DNA of 63,924 bases, filler included, from Octopus bimaculoides (Eukaryota), in NCBI RefSeq assembly GCF_001194135.2. It is 6 parts of 6 records of this genome, joined end to end, with 100 filler letters (N's around TTAATTAATTAA, not from the genome) between each part and the next. Parts side by side here need not be neighbours in the genome. Positions count along the whole stretch, not along the records: positions 42,755 to 50,913 come from NC_068990.1; positions 51,014 to 53,947 come from NC_068988.1; positions 54,048 to 63,924 come from NC_068993.1; 3 more parts are not named here. One strand, written 5' to 3'. The position numbers and the translations under genes were made by a program. Positions 47,613-61,806 of this stretch are shown piece by piece; position 1 is the stretch's first letter, and every line of letters starts with the position of its first letter. Under the pieces are notes generated by a model, which saw only the letters and a list, made by a program, of their open reading frames with translations, was not told where the DNA came from and made no database searches.

Positions 47613-49619
47613 GAGGGTGGGAAATTGGCAATTATTAATTTTACAAGAGTGAAGTGACCGAAAATAAGGAAATCGTTTTGAGAACGATTGGGGACATTGG
47701 GGTTTTTACAATTTGGCCAGGGACGCAGGTACAGTTGGGTACATGAAAATTTGGTATGAGATCTGGTAAAAGGTTAAAGTAATAGGTACGCTGCCCCACC
47801 CTAGGGGGACTAAAGTTTAATATTTAGCATTTCTTTTTTTCTATAAACTTCAATTTATTCATACATTACTGATTTATGACTTTCCAATGACTTCTAACTT
47901 GCTACATATATAATCATTGCATAATATTGTCGCCGTCTCGTTTTTATATTTTTTTCTCTGCATATTTTGCGACACTTTTATGTGCATCTTATTTTTATGG
48001 ATGAATGGATTTTCATTGTAGTAATAGAGAAAGTATTATCATTGCTTTTACTGAATTTGAATTTAAGCCATTCGTTTTCATTTTTTTAACAATGGATTGC
48101 AATTTTATTAACGTAAGATATATTAAAAGCGTAAAAGATTAAATTATCAAATTAAAAACACCCATAAATAAGGAAAGAAAAGAAAAAAAGGTGGGATAAG
48201 GTTAAGCATCAGAGGATTGGGTTAGTGGATGTTATGGGTTGTACACCCCAGACTAAATGGTATGTTCACCCACACCTCACAGATATTATTGCAAAGGCTT
48301 TGCTGTGGAGAATGGCCATTTACACTCACTGCAACAGCCACCCTACCTTGCAGAGTTCATTTCTCAGACGGGTCATAGGTATCCTGATTTTGCCGAGGAA
48401 ATCTGCAGTATGGGGTCCAAGAATATTCATTGGTCGAGTAAGGTCTTAGACCTCTGTTTTATATAATTTTGTATCTCTGGCCCCATATATATTGTAACCC
48501 CTATGTCAATTATGTTAATTGTATTGTTTGTACAAAGCCCCCATGATTGATATACGATTGTGTGATTGGAATGACATCTTGGATGCATGCTTGGACATTG
48601 TGGGATTAGTTATTATGAGAGGGAGTGCTAAAGCCTTGCAAATCCGCTTAGAGGCTTCAAGCTACCTGACAGGTAGTGACTAGAAAGAGTAGTTTGCTGA
48701 CCAGCACATAAGGATAGCATAGTGTCCATAATATAGAGTAGCCGGCTAGTCAAACTACTAGGATTTCACTGCTTCTCATGTTTTGTGGGAGGGACACAGT
48801 CTACTGGTCAGATGGTTCAACTACTATCAACACCCACTAGTTGGAAGACATGGCCAATTAACAAAAGATGTACAGACATGCGCTATGGCTACATTTTCTA
48901 GTAATTCCTTGATGAGGAACAGGTGGAGGTCATCATTTGGTAATGAATTTTTGCCCAGTTCTTCTCTGACAGAGTTGAAATCCTGGGTTGAGCAAAGACC
49001 AAGAAAAGGCATCTGGAATGTTGCTAAGCACTCACTGCCCTCTATCGGTTGAGAAAAATAGTCTGGAATAGGGCATTATTAGTTTAAGAGAGACTCTACA
49101 GACATTGAAGTTCTATCAGCTGGACCCAAACAAAATCCATACAGAAGAACAAAACTTCTTCGTGTACAAGTCAACCTTTTCTGAGATGTGGAGTCATGTC
49201 GTGAGATAGGTCCAACTATCAGTTGAGTCCATTGTGAAGATCAGTCTTCTACCTACTTTTAGCCGTGAAGGGCAGGAAGTTATCTGCCTGTTGGTCATGG
49301 GGAAAGGGGTAGTGAGGTGGAAAAGACTGAATGGGCTGAAGACAGACGTATTCCTCTATGGTCAGGTCCTAATCAACTTTTACTTGCTTCACCTGAAAAT
49401 GAAAAGATGAGTAGGAGAGAGGAAACACTGCCTCTGAGCAAATTTGTTGCAAAGTACACATGAGTAATGAACATGGTCTGAGTGAACAGGCCTACTCTAA
49501 ACATGTCTGTAAGCAAAGGAAGATCACTGACCTCTGGTGGGTAAAATCATTGAGGTTTGGTGAAGTTATCTTGATTGATCCTAAGCAGCAAACCTTCATA
49601 GTCGTTTGTCTTATATCTT

Positions 49620-49844
49620 TTATCTTTTTCTTGTTCCAATCATTAGATTGTGGCCATGCTGGGGCACTGTCTTGAAGAAATTTCAATCATTCAAATCCAC
49701 CTCAGTACTTACGTTTTCTTTTTAAGCTTTGGACTTATTCTATCGGTCTATTTTGTCAAACCACTAGGTTACGGGAATATAAACACACCAGCAGTGGCTG
49801 TCAAGCAGTGGTGGAGCACAACGTCACACAACACTCACACAACA

Positions 49845-49907
<63 letters not shown>

Positions 49908-50150
49908 NNNNNNNNNNNNNNNNNNNNNNNNNNNNNNNNNNNNNNNNNNNNNNNNNNNNNNNNNNNNATACACACACACAAAATCCAGGCTTCCATCAGT
50001 TTCCATCTAACCAAATCCACTCATAAGGTTTTGGTCAGCCCCAGGCTATAGTAGAAGACATTTGCAACTTGTCCAAGGTGACACACAGTGGGACTGAACC
50101 CCCAGAACCATGCGGAAGGGAAGTAAGCTCTTTACCACACACCCACACCT
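49620..50150 (-). mobile_element. SINE family A, full length, with (CA)n and a gap inside
   Basis: Tail at about 49630, head at about 50060-50140. Confidence 0.82.
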
Positions 50151-50314
50151 GTACTTATATAGATCGCGGAAGGTTTGGTTGAAGTTTTGTTGTGAAGTGT
50201 TTTTCTTGCCTCTTTTTACCACACAACAAACACGACTACTCCCACGTTTGCATTTTGTTCTCGTCTTCATTGAACTCTTGCAACTAACAAAGAGCTAACT
50301 ATATTGATAATGAC

Positions 50315-50380
<66 letters not shown>

Positions 50381-50382
<2 letters not shown>

Positions 50383-50913
50383 ACCGGGGAAGTTTGAGGA
50401 CTACACCGGGGAAGTTTAACATGTGAGAACGATAAATCACTGCTCCGAAACTTATCCAAAAACATCGGAAATAAAGACATCGCATGGAGCCCAAAAAATA
50501 ACTGACAAAGGGTTGGACTATCCCGAGTAAGTAATACTCATTGAAATTTATTTCTATCTTTCCAAATATAATGATGTATTTTAACTTGATACCTCCACTA
50601 CCCGCACAGCGATCGTAAACACACGTGTTACATCAAAATCAAACCATCTTCGAACCCCAAAACACCATGTACAAAAAAATTACAAACAGATTAAATAACA
50701 CCGGTATTATTACACCCAAGAATAACAACCGAGAAGTGCGTACTGTAAGCTTGTTACGAAAAAAATACGAAGATCTGAACGTGCAAAACAATCTGACAAC
50801 AGAAATAAACGAACCGGTACCCTACGAAAACGATGACCGTCAAAATAAAGGACCGGACGTTGTTCCTCATGTCCCGCAAACAAAACCAAAACGGCATAAA
50901 TGGACACGTGAGG
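50381..50913 (+). mobile_element. 5' end of an R4/Dong-like non-LTR retrotransposon, ORF running into the gap
   Basis: Abuts (AAT)n at 50315-50380; 22-bp terminal duplication; open frame from ATG 50667 ending ...QTKPKRHKWTRE, resembling the R-x-K-W-T-x-E motif of R4-clade ORF N-termini (recalled, not searched). Confidence 0.55.
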
Positions 50914-51259
50914 NNNNNNNNNNNNNNNNNNNNNNNNNNNNNNNNNNNNNNNNNNNNTTAATTAATTAANNNNNNNNNNNNNNNNNNNNNNNNNNNNNNN
51001 NNNNNNNNNNNNNTAATAAGGGACAAAACTAAAGCGCAAGGTATTGAGATGTTTGAGGCCGTAAATAAATAAAAATCTCTATCTTATCTGCATCTTGGGT
51101 ATTTCGTCGTAGTACGTCAGCGAGATAATTTAGAATTGCACCAGCGTTCAAATTCTTCGCCCGATTCCTTCATCTTCAAAATCAGTGCTTATGGTAATAG
51201 TAATGCTGCAGAAGCTGTTGTTCTTGTTGCTGCTGGTACCGTTGAACATGATGACGATG

Positions 51260-51283
51260 ATAGGTCGTAGACGATGATGACGG

Positions 51284-51338
<55 letters not shown>

Positions 51339-51362
51339 GATGACGATGATGACGATGATGAC

Positions 51363-51407
<45 letters not shown>

Positions 51408-51420
51408 GACGACGATGATG
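51260..51420. repeat. (GAT)n microsatellite with GAC interruptions
   Basis: Directly visible. Confidence 0.95.
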
Positions 51421-52705
51421 GTTAAAAAATCCACTTCCTTAGTATGGCATCCCAGGTTTGATCCCACTGCTAGGCATCATTGGCGAGCGTCTTTTACAAC
51501 AAACACAGGGTCAAGTGCGAGTGAAATTATGTAGACAGAAACTGTGTGGAAGCCCATAGAATGGGTTGAACCTGTAATTTCAAGGATCAGCTTTAGCATA
51601 CACTATGTTATGCTGATTTCACCTGAGAAGTATGTTAAGGGTACAAATGTCTGTGGAATACTCAGCCACGTATATGTTAACTCAATGGACAGGTAATTCA
51701 GGTGATCAAACAACTGAATAGGCATTGTGCAAACTGACTGAAATCCCTTTACATTGCGTGTGTTTGTGTATGTGAGTATGTATAAGTATGTGTATGTATG
51801 TGTGTTTGTAAGAGAGGGAGTGCATGTATGTATACAGACATGTGTATGTGTGAAAGAGTGTCTATTCATATAGACATGTATGTTTGTATGTGTGTGTGTA
51901 TGTGTATTTGTATGTGAGGCAGTGTGTACATATGTTAGTGCATGTTCTTGCATATGCGTTTGTGCATGTCTGGGGGAGTATGTATTTATAAAGACATGTG
52001 TATGTGTGCCCCCTTCTCTCCACTTTACTACTGGGTTATAATTTGAGGGACACTCAGCTGCTATTTCTATCATATCTAGTTATAATGTAGATGTACCCAA
52101 GGAGATTCTTAGGCATATTATGCGGGTACAGAAGATTTGCATGGATTTTACATACACACAGACACACATACAAACATATATAAAGGAACAGATTGCATAT
52201 CTGGAGTGCATGCAATTGAGACAAAATGAGAAAGGCACACTTACATGAACACACAAATACACAGAGATTCAAACACACGCACATACATACATAGTTGTCA
52301 CTGAAGGTATACACAGTCATATGTTTTCAATTATAATGATTTATGCCACATATAGAACAACTAATGAAGAATCTATTTTACTCTATTATAAAAATATCTT
52401 GAAAAAATGCTCACTCATTTTAATAGCAACAAACTTACTTTTTATTAAAATACTTACCATGTTTATAGCTAGATTTGTTGGCATGTGCATGATTATATCT
52501 CACATAATCATTATTTCCTGTTCATAATTCCTATTGCTATTTAATTGCAATAAATTATTCTGCATGAATGTATTGAGAATGAAGTATGTGCTTCTGGTTG
52601 GAACCCCCAGCTTTCCTGTACTGAAGATTCCTGGTTAAAAGTTCATATGGTTACAGTAATACAACTGTACATCTTGTAACTATGATATGATACTAACAAT
52701 TATGA

Positions 52706-53085
52706 TACACTCCACTGTCGGTTACAATGATGAGGGTTCCAGTTGATCCAATCAATGCAACAGCCTGCTCATGAAATTAATGTGCAAGTGGCTGAGCACT
52801 CCACAGACACGTGTACTCTTAATGTAGTTCTCAGGGAGATTCAGCATGACACAGTGTGACAAGGCTGGCCCATTGAATTACAGGCACAACAGAAACAGGA
52901 AGAAAGAGTGAGAGAAAGTTGTGGTGAAAGAGTACAGCAGGGTTCACCCCCTACCCCCTGTCAGAGCCTCATGGAGCTTTAGGTGTTTTCACTCAATAAA
53001 CACTCACAACGCCTGGTCTGGAAATCAAAACCACGATCCTATGACTGCGAGTCTGCTGCCCTAACCACTGGGCCATTGCACCTCC
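52706..53085 (-). mobile_element. SINE family C, full length
   Basis: Collinear with 38056-38432; many CpG-type transitions. Confidence 0.9.
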
Positions 53086-53289
53086 ACACATACTCTCCAT
53101 AGGTAAAAATGTTACAAGCATCAATTCAGATTGTCCCAAGTTTGAATTCAGTCTACAGCTATAATATACACTTTTAAGAATAAGTTACTTGATGATGAAA
53201 ATGATATAAATATGGTGCAGATGTAAATTTTAGAATTTTTTAATATTTTTAATGACAAGGATTAGTAGACCGAAAAATTATATAATTAT

Positions 53290-53510
53290 ATTGGTTTTAA
53301 ATTTTGGCACAAGGCCAGCAATTTTAGGGGAAGGTAAAGTCAATTACATTGATCCCAGTGTTCAACTGGTACTTATTTTATCGGCCCTGAAAGGATGAAA
53401 GGCAAAGTTGACCCCGGCAGTATTCGAACTCAGAATGTAAAGATAGACAAAATACTACAAAGTATTTCACCCCACCATGCTAATGATTCTGCCAATGCAC
53501 TACCTTAAAT
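53290..53510 (-). mobile_element. SINE family B
   Basis: ggcacaaggccagcaatttt...tggtacttattttatcggccctgaaaggatgaaaggcaaagttgacccc. Confidence 0.8.
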
Positions 53511-55081
53511 TATATAATTATATTGGCAATAAATCCTCACAGATAATAGTTTGGTAAACAATCACCATTCCATTCAGCTGTTGTTAACCTATCACATCAA
53601 CATATCATTACCAGGTTATCTATATTAGTTCTAGTCCTACCGGTCCATTCTGGTTGAAAGGCGTGCTCCTCAGTTTGGATGACAACCCCTTGGTTAATGG
53701 CACCAAGGTGGTACTTAAACTTAGTGCACAAAGCCAGAACTGATACGAGTGTTTTAACAATTCTACCAATCCACTGCCTAGACTGTCACTTAATTTGTTG
53801 ACCCTGAATATATAGAAAGTAAAGTTGGTCTGAACAGGACCAAGTTTACAAATTTGCTCTCACAACATTACCAATTTCCACCATCTATAAACAATTTATT
53901 GAACTAAAATTTGCAATTTTTTTGTAAGCTAACACATTCTCCTCCTCNNNNNNNNNNNNNNNNNNNNNNNNNNNNNNNNNNNNNNNNNNNNTTAATTAAT
54001 TAANNNNNNNNNNNNNNNNNNNNNNNNNNNNNNNNNNNNNNNNNNNNATATATATATATATAATACAAAGAATATATATGCATATCAGGGTACAAGACGT
54101 ATATATATGTATATATATATATATATATATATAAATCCAAGACATGTAATAAGAATGCAACAGACGACAATAAATCACCCGGACAGAGACAATACGAAGA
54201 CGGACAGGACAAAACAAAGATGCTTTGTGTATGTGTGTATGCGTGCGTGTATGTGAATGCGGCTGTGTGCGCATGACTACTGGTTAAGAAGAATCAGAAT
54301 CCAGGTAAGTTATGTTGGTCTATGTTTGGCAAAAATCTATGTATTTATTGTGAAATAGTAAAGTTTGTCGGGTTCATTCGCAGTCAAGAGAAGATTGTCT
54401 GATAACTTAATCGGAATCTTTCTTAAGAGAGAAAGAGGAAGGCATTTTATTTTTTCCTTTAGCGTATGAGAGTGTGGAAATATCGAAGGATAACTGAAAA
54501 TGGTGGAGAATTAGTTACTTCCAATGCCTGAAGGTAAGGATTTGATGAGAGAACGGAAGAGAATTTGTGCGGAAGTAAAGTAGGAGGTGCTAACAGAGAA
54601 TAAGAACGAGAAAGAAGGCAACAGTTATAAGAAAGAACGAGAGGAGTGTCGATCGGTATAAATAGGGAAGGCGTCGTTGTCCACTTGAAGGTCATTGACC
54701 AGTGAAGTGTCGATAGCTGTATCTAAACGCACGGACACACATACAAACGCATACAAATAGATACACATGCACAAGAACATACAGACACACACAAACTTGC
54801 GCGCGTACACAGACATACACACACACATGCACACACACACGCGTGCGCTCTAATACTTGAAAAAAACCCTGCTAGCTACCAAATATTCATACACAAGCAC
54901 ACACATATACGGTACTCACTTGCGCTTACATACATACGACTAATTTTTGTTATCTTTTTTGGCAAATGTCCAGCAATTTTGAGGCTCGTATTTCACTGGT
55001 ACTTATTTTATTGACCCCCAAAAGAATGAAAGGCAAACTCAACCCGGATTGAACTTGAACTTAGAAGGTAAACAGTAGGTT

Positions 55082-55630
55082 ACAACACTGCAAACCTACG
55101 CATGACAGGGAACAGAGGCCAATGGTGACGGCTGACTACGAAAGTGTCTAGAGTGACATCTCAACAACTGGCTGCATTAGCATTTTCGTAGGCCGTAGCA
55201 GACGGTTCTTGTCTGTTAACGATATAAGCACGAGTGCTTTTATGCACCACGAGTCCATATGTGCTTCAGAAGGCAGGTAGACATTCCGTACACAGAGCAC
55301 AAAGCGAACAGCTTTGTTAAGCAGCAAGTGAACAACTATGCTGGCGGGCAGGAACCACACCTGGCACAGGTATAAAAGACGAAAGCTGTTACGTATCTCG
55401 CTACACTTCCCAGCCTGAAACCATTTTTCTGAGCATAGTTGTGGGAGGGTGAAAGACAGGCAGACAGAGAAAATCCTGGTTTGACAACATCAAGGATTGG
55501 ACAGGTCACAACACTGCAGATCTTCTACGCATGACAGGGAACAGAGACCAACGGTGTCGGCTGACTAAGAGAAAGCGTGTAGAGTGACACCCCAGCAACT
55601 GGCTGCATCAGTTTAACGATCTTGATGACG
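55082..55630 (+). mobile_element. RTE-clade LINE 3' fragment preceded by a duplicate of its own 3' end
   Basis: IPYTEHKANSFVKQQVNNYAGGQEPHL...GRQRKSWFDNIKDWTGHNTADLLRMTGNRD (55260-55570); 55082-55180 repeats 55508-55612. Confidence 0.8.
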
Positions 55631-55651
55631 ATATATATACATATACATCCG

Positions 55652-55712
<61 letters not shown>

Positions 55713-56269
55713 CTCTGTCTGTCTGTCTGTCTGTCTGTCTATATTGCGTATGAGGAATCCTGGTATTTTCACCATTATCATTTTCATGCGAGGGTTTTTC
55801 TTAAATGCGTCATATGCATGATTTTGTTCAGTAGGTGAATTAACTTTATGAGCGAAGTGAAATTACTGATGCTGGGAATGAAAGACACTGTTGTAAACTT
55901 TATTTGCGCCGCGGTTAATTTCTACTTGAGAAAAACACTTAGTGGTCGTTCGAGGACCAGTAATAACAAGTAAGATTATGGCAAATCATACACAACAGGC
56001 TTAAAGAATACGACATAAATTCGATAATATAATTCTTGACACACAGAAAGATTGGATAGTAAATACGGGAGCATTTTTGGTAACACTGTAACACTGTAAC
56101 ACAATTTAAATTTTTTTTGTCTTTGGTCAATAAGTGTTATTTACAATTTGCATCTATCTAGAAATCAAAGGAAATGACTACTATTCCCTTAAAACTTTGC
56201 TTTTCTGACCTGGACATCAATGCTTCGACACTGAACTATTTTCCATTCCATTTCAAACAGATTCAGCGC

Positions 56270-56455
56270 TGAGTTGCCGAAGCAGAAATATCGTTATTCC
56301 AAATATTCACACCACAGATTCGCTTGACAGTTACTTGACTTTAACCAGTTGAGCATGTCCGTTTTGTGGTTGACAATCATGTGCATCTCTGATCACGAGC
56401 AGGAGTAGCGGAAGAGCATCATAGCCATGTGTTGAGAGGGATTCTTTGGGCTTTG
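56270..56455 (+). mobile_element. Family F retroposon fragment
   Basis: catgtgcatctctgatcacgagcaggagtagcggaagagcatcatagccatgtgttgagagggattctttgg, the inverse of 28020-28100. Confidence 0.6.
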
Positions 56456-57144
56456 AATAAATGTAACAAAATCAAAATTTGAAGGTAATATTAGCTTTTT
56501 TTAAGACTAGCTGGTGGGTTAGGGATAAGCAAATAGGAAATGCCAGTTGCTGCTCTAGGGCAAAAATCTTGTACGGAGTGTAATAGATCTCATCGTTAAG
56601 CGTTGATGTGTGGTTAAACAACAAAAAAATAACAAATTTATCAACGACACCAATAGTTTTATATCGCTTTGTATATCATAGTATATTTATATAATAACTC
56701 TTATTAGGATACAATAAATCTTATTTTTGCAGAGAAAATAAAAGCCGTATAGCTACATTTTCTTAATGTATTAGAAAAGAAAAAGATGGTCCACAGGCAT
56801 TCGTGTGATAATTATCTCTGGTATGAAGAATATTGTATTGAAATAAATTAATGATTGTATATGATAAATATTTTAGCTACGGAGAATAATATTTCCAATG
56901 GAGACTACGTTGCAATTAGATTTCACAAGATCCTCAAACGAATTGCTATGCACGTGGGTTAGATTGAATGCGATGAAAATAGTTCATAAAATGTCAAAAT
57001 CATTTCTATTTCACTGAAATGCTGGATCCCTAAGGCCTGCATCAGGGTTTCCGTTAAGGATTGACGGCATTTCGTTGATGTGGATTAATATAAAGAGAAC
57101 AATGAATGAGAATTGATTTTTATGCTATTCTATTACAATTGGTA

Positions 57145-57192
<48 letters not shown>

Positions 57193-57520
57193 ACACAAAC
57201 ATGCATACACTCGCGTGTGCACACAATACAGAGAAAGAGCTATGGTGGTGGTGGTAGGAAATCGTTGCAATCTCAAAGGTACCATTACAGCATACGTTTA
57301 AATGTGCTCCTACAATAACAAATATACACAAAGACATATAAAAGCTACAGAGTAAAACAAGAACAGAGATGTCCAGTCACACAGGTATACACACGTTGAA
57401 GTGCTGTATATATTAACATGAATACAGGAAGAAGCAATCCAGACAAAATTGCAAACATTGATGTTCACGAAAACGCTTAAGTACACACTCAGAGACACGG
57501 GAAGAAGTATTACAGAGAGA

Positions 57521-57568
<48 letters not shown>

Positions 57569-57918
57569 AGAAGCAGAGGAAGAGAGAGATGCCTCGAGAA
57601 AGAGAAAGAAAGTGAGAGAGTTGAAGAAGAGCTTAGAGCTTGGCAAAGAGATAGAAGGAAAAATATATATGCATACAAATAAACACATTATTTCAGAGCA
57701 TATATTAACACATTAGACACTGTTTCTCATTCCCCATACACAACGACACACATACACATAAACACACGCATGTTTATGGAAAAGTTTACAATTTAACATG
57801 TTGCTTTGATATTCTTATGATCCAAACTCTAGCGGTAGAGTTTTGTTTCCTTCTTAGAGAATTGCTTGTATTACTTTCAATTCTCTATGTGGCAAGAATG
57901 CTAATAAAAATTAACCGC

Positions 57919-57950
<32 letters not shown>

Positions 57951-58255
57951 CATAAACACAAGCCGATAGACATATTGGTTTTAGATCTTGGTACAAGACC
58001 TGCAATTTCGGGTTAGTCACTCCATCCCAGTGACTAACTGCTATTTATTTTATCGGCCCCGAAAGGATGAAAGGAAAATCTACCTTGGCGGTATTTTAAC
58101 TAAGAACGTAAAAACAGACGAAATGCCGCTAAGTACCTTGGGCAAGTGTCTTCTACTATAGACTCGGGCCGATCAAAGACTTGTGAGTGGACTTGGTAGA
58201 CGGAAACTGAAAGAAGCTCGTTGCACACACACACACACACACACATGTATGTATT

Positions 58256-58289
<34 letters not shown>

Positions 58290-58384
58290 TATCTGTATGT
58301 ATGTCTGTATACATGTCTTTGAGTCTGTTTATCCTCCCAGTTAAATGACCAACAAGTATAAGAATTAAATACATAAATACATAA

Positions 58385-58477
<93 letters not shown>

Positions 58478-58489
58478 TATATATATGTA

Positions 58490-58870
58490 TATAGGTAAGT
58501 TGCTTGCTTACCAACCACATGGTTCCGGGTTCAGTCCCACTGCGAGCACCTTGGGCAAGTGCCTTCTGCTCTAGCTTCGGGCCGACCAAAGCCTTGTAAG
58601 TAGATTTGGTAGACGGAAACTGAAAGAAGCTCATTGTATATATATATATGTGTATGTGTGTGTGTGTGTGTGAGTGTGTNNNNNNNNNNACCATCGCTTG
58701 ACAACGGATGTTGGTGTGTTGACGTCCCCGTAACATACTGGTTCGGCAAAGTGGACCGGTAGGATAAGCATTAAGCTTACAAAGAATAAGTTCTGGGGTC
58801 GATTTGTTCGACTAAAGGCGGTGCTCCAGCATGGCCGTAGTCAAATGACTGAAACAAATAAAAGAATAAT
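58490..58870 (+). mobile_element. SINE family A, near full length; another A fragment at 58130-58225
   Basis: Consensus head through tail. Confidence 0.9.
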
Positions 58871-60596
58871 AGAATAGTTAAACAACGAAAATGTACACTC
58901 AAATTATATTCTAGAGTATTTTCTTCCTGATTGGGCAGGGAGAAAGCCATTTGAGGAAGTTGTGAATGATTCAGTCATCTTCCAGTAAATTACTGCTGGT
59001 AGTTATTTGACCAAATGTCTGATCAAGAAATGCTGACTCAAGTTCAGTTCTGAATTCCTCATCACTAAAACAAAAATCAATAAACTACCATAAAAGTAAA
59101 TAAAAAACACTTGGTCTGTTGCAAACATTTGAAAAATTCTAATGAGTTAGACAAACATGTTTTGGTGTATGTTGAATAATTGAAAACATATGTTTCTCGA
59201 TGATAGTTTCTGTAATATTTTTTGGTGTAATATAAAATAAATTAATATAAATGTTTTGGTAAAATATAAAATAGTTATGTAAGTTCGTAAATGATATAAA
59301 TGTTTGGAAAACCTTAGAGCAATGCAGCTGAGAATTTAGACAAAATGCATAAAGTTTTGTCAGTTATGTTACTAAATGGAAACGACAACGAAAAATACTG
59401 TATTACTTTACAAACACTGTTTAATGATGTTATCATCTTTCGGGTAAGGTTATCTTTTACATTAAAGCAAGAAAATGAGTTACTTATAATATTCAGGAAA
59501 GACAATGCTCTTACATTATTTCGGTTAAGATTCTCCTTTTCAAATAAAAGAAACAAAATGAGTTACTTACCGTTCTCATAAGAAGTAATTCAAGTTAATT
59601 CAAGCGCATGGTCAAATTTTTTTATTCCCATTACTGTTTCCAATATCATATTTTCCCGTCTTCTTCTATAGTGCTCACTGTTCTGTTAGTTAAGTATTAT
59701 TTGAGATTGAAAGATTAGTCTTTCTTGTAAGTCATAGACTTACTTCCATCAATTTAGTGTCAGTGAAAATCTTACGTCCATCCACTTCCGCCACTGAGAT
59801 CCATCGTTCCAATAGTGTCAATAAAATTCTCACTTCTGCACAAGTAAATTATTAAAATGTTTTGATACCTTTTGATATTTTCTACCAAACTTATCAGTCA
59901 ATAAAATGTCATAACCAAGAGAGCCTATAAATGGACATCAAACGACGGAATATTCCCATTCATTTTCCTGCTCATTATCAGCATCCAGATTTCCATCTTC
60001 CTCATTGCTCCTTGCTGGATACTACACAGAAACCCCTTTACACAGTCTTTGCATACTCTTTAAACAGGCGTTTGTACATTCATGATCATATTCTATAGAG
60101 ATAAGGAGTTTCAGTGTATACTAAATAACCAATGCATTTTCTTCTTTTGACAATGAAAATATTATCGTTGTTAAAAGTGTTTCCAAAAATATCCTAAGTG
60201 TTACCTACCACATGTATTTAGATTTCAAGAAATATATTCAAACGGACTAATTATGCATCAGTTACCCGCAAATATTATTTAAAGGAAATACAGTAACTTA
60301 TTCATAACTAATGAAAGTTACCATCATAAAATATGTAGGTGAACGACATTTTATGCACAACGTCATACGAGGTAAATCATGAAAATAATAGCATTTTGAA
60401 TTCTACTAACGATATGTATGCATTAAAAGTCAAACTATCTTTCGACCACATTCTATGAGTTTTAGCACGAGAAGTACACATGCAGCAACATGTGTATATC
60501 ACCAAACTAGAGTGTGTGTGTTCCAAACTAATTATTTTATTGACATTTTAGTGTAGTACACACATTCACACATACATACATAAATGACGTTAACAA

Positions 60597-60637
<41 letters not shown>

Positions 60638-60638
60638 G

Positions 60639-60688
<50 letters not shown>

Positions 60689-61486
60689 CATTTATCTACT
60701 TATTTATCAGTTTACTTACATATTCATTTACCTACTTATATATATANNNNNNNNNNNNNNNNNNNNNNNNNNNNNNNNNNNNNNNNNNNNNNNNNNNNNN
60801 NNNNNNNNNNNNNNNNNNNNNNNNNNNNNNNNNNNNNNNNNNNNNNNNNNNNNNNNNNNNNNNNNNNNNNNNNNNNNNNNNNNNNNNNNNNNNNNNNNNN
60901 NNNNNNNNNNNNNNNNNNNNNNNNNNNNNNNNNNNNNNNNNNNNNNNNNNNNNNNNNNNNNNNNNNNNNNNNNNNNNNNNNNNNNNNNNNNNNNNNNNNN
61001 NNNNNNNNNNNNNNNNNNNNNNNNNNNNNNNNNNNNNNNNNNNNNNNNNNNNNNNNNNNNNNNNNNNNNNNNNNNNNNNNNNNNNNNNNNNNNNNNNNNN
61101 NNNNNNNATATATATGTATGTATGTATGTATGTGTATCTTGCTAAGTGTATTATAAGTGTGGCAGGGTATAACCAACTATATATAAATAAATACATTCTG
61201 CAAATAAAGAAACACGAAACACTTCATTAAAATGATTCTTATGAAATTATATGATGTCTTATTGGCGCTCTAGTTTCGGAGCATAATTACCTCTAGAACA
61301 AACAGCAGTAAGCTAATGAAAGTATTTACCTAACTACTGTCTTTTTGTCATTCATCCATTAATTAAAATTACCCTCAAAACTGACATGGTGGCTTTCTGT
61401 GTAATATAAGTATATTGAGTTGTAAAAACTGGCTATTGGTATAGATATGCCTAAGCGGGATCATACATGCATATACACACATACGT

Positions 61487-61806
61487 GGAGGCGCAATGGC
61501 CCAGTGGTTAGGGCAGCGGACTCGCGGTTTCGATTCCCAGACCGGGCGTTGTGAGTGTTTATTGAACGAAAACACCTAAAAGCACCACGAGGCTTCGGCA
61601 GGGGATGGTGGCGAACCCTGCTGTACTCTTCCACCACAACTTTCTTTCACTCTTACTTCCTGTTTCCGTTGTGCCTGTAATTCAAAGGGTCAGCCTTGTC
61701 ACACTGTGTCACGTTGAATATCCCCGAGAACTACGTTAAGGGTACACGTGTCTGTGGAGTGCTCAGCCACTTGCACGTTAATTTCACGAGCAGGCTGTTC
61801 AGTTGA
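61487..61806 (+). mobile_element. SINE family C, 3' end in the gap
   Basis: GGAGGCGCAATGGCCCAGTGGTTAGGGCAGCGGACTCGCGGTTTCGATTCCC; short head deletion between gcggt repeats. Confidence 0.92.

Noticed and set aside
51189-51534. Poly-Ile and poly-Met ORFs (also 27193-27381, 50267-50494)
   Set aside because: Translations of (GAT)n and (AAT)n microsatellites.
58900-60580. 1.7-kb SINE-free AT-rich tract with short ORFs and an acidic patch (NEEDGNLDADNEQENE, minus strand)
   Set aside because: Possibly a decayed DNA transposon, but no TIR, TSD or catalytic motif was identified.
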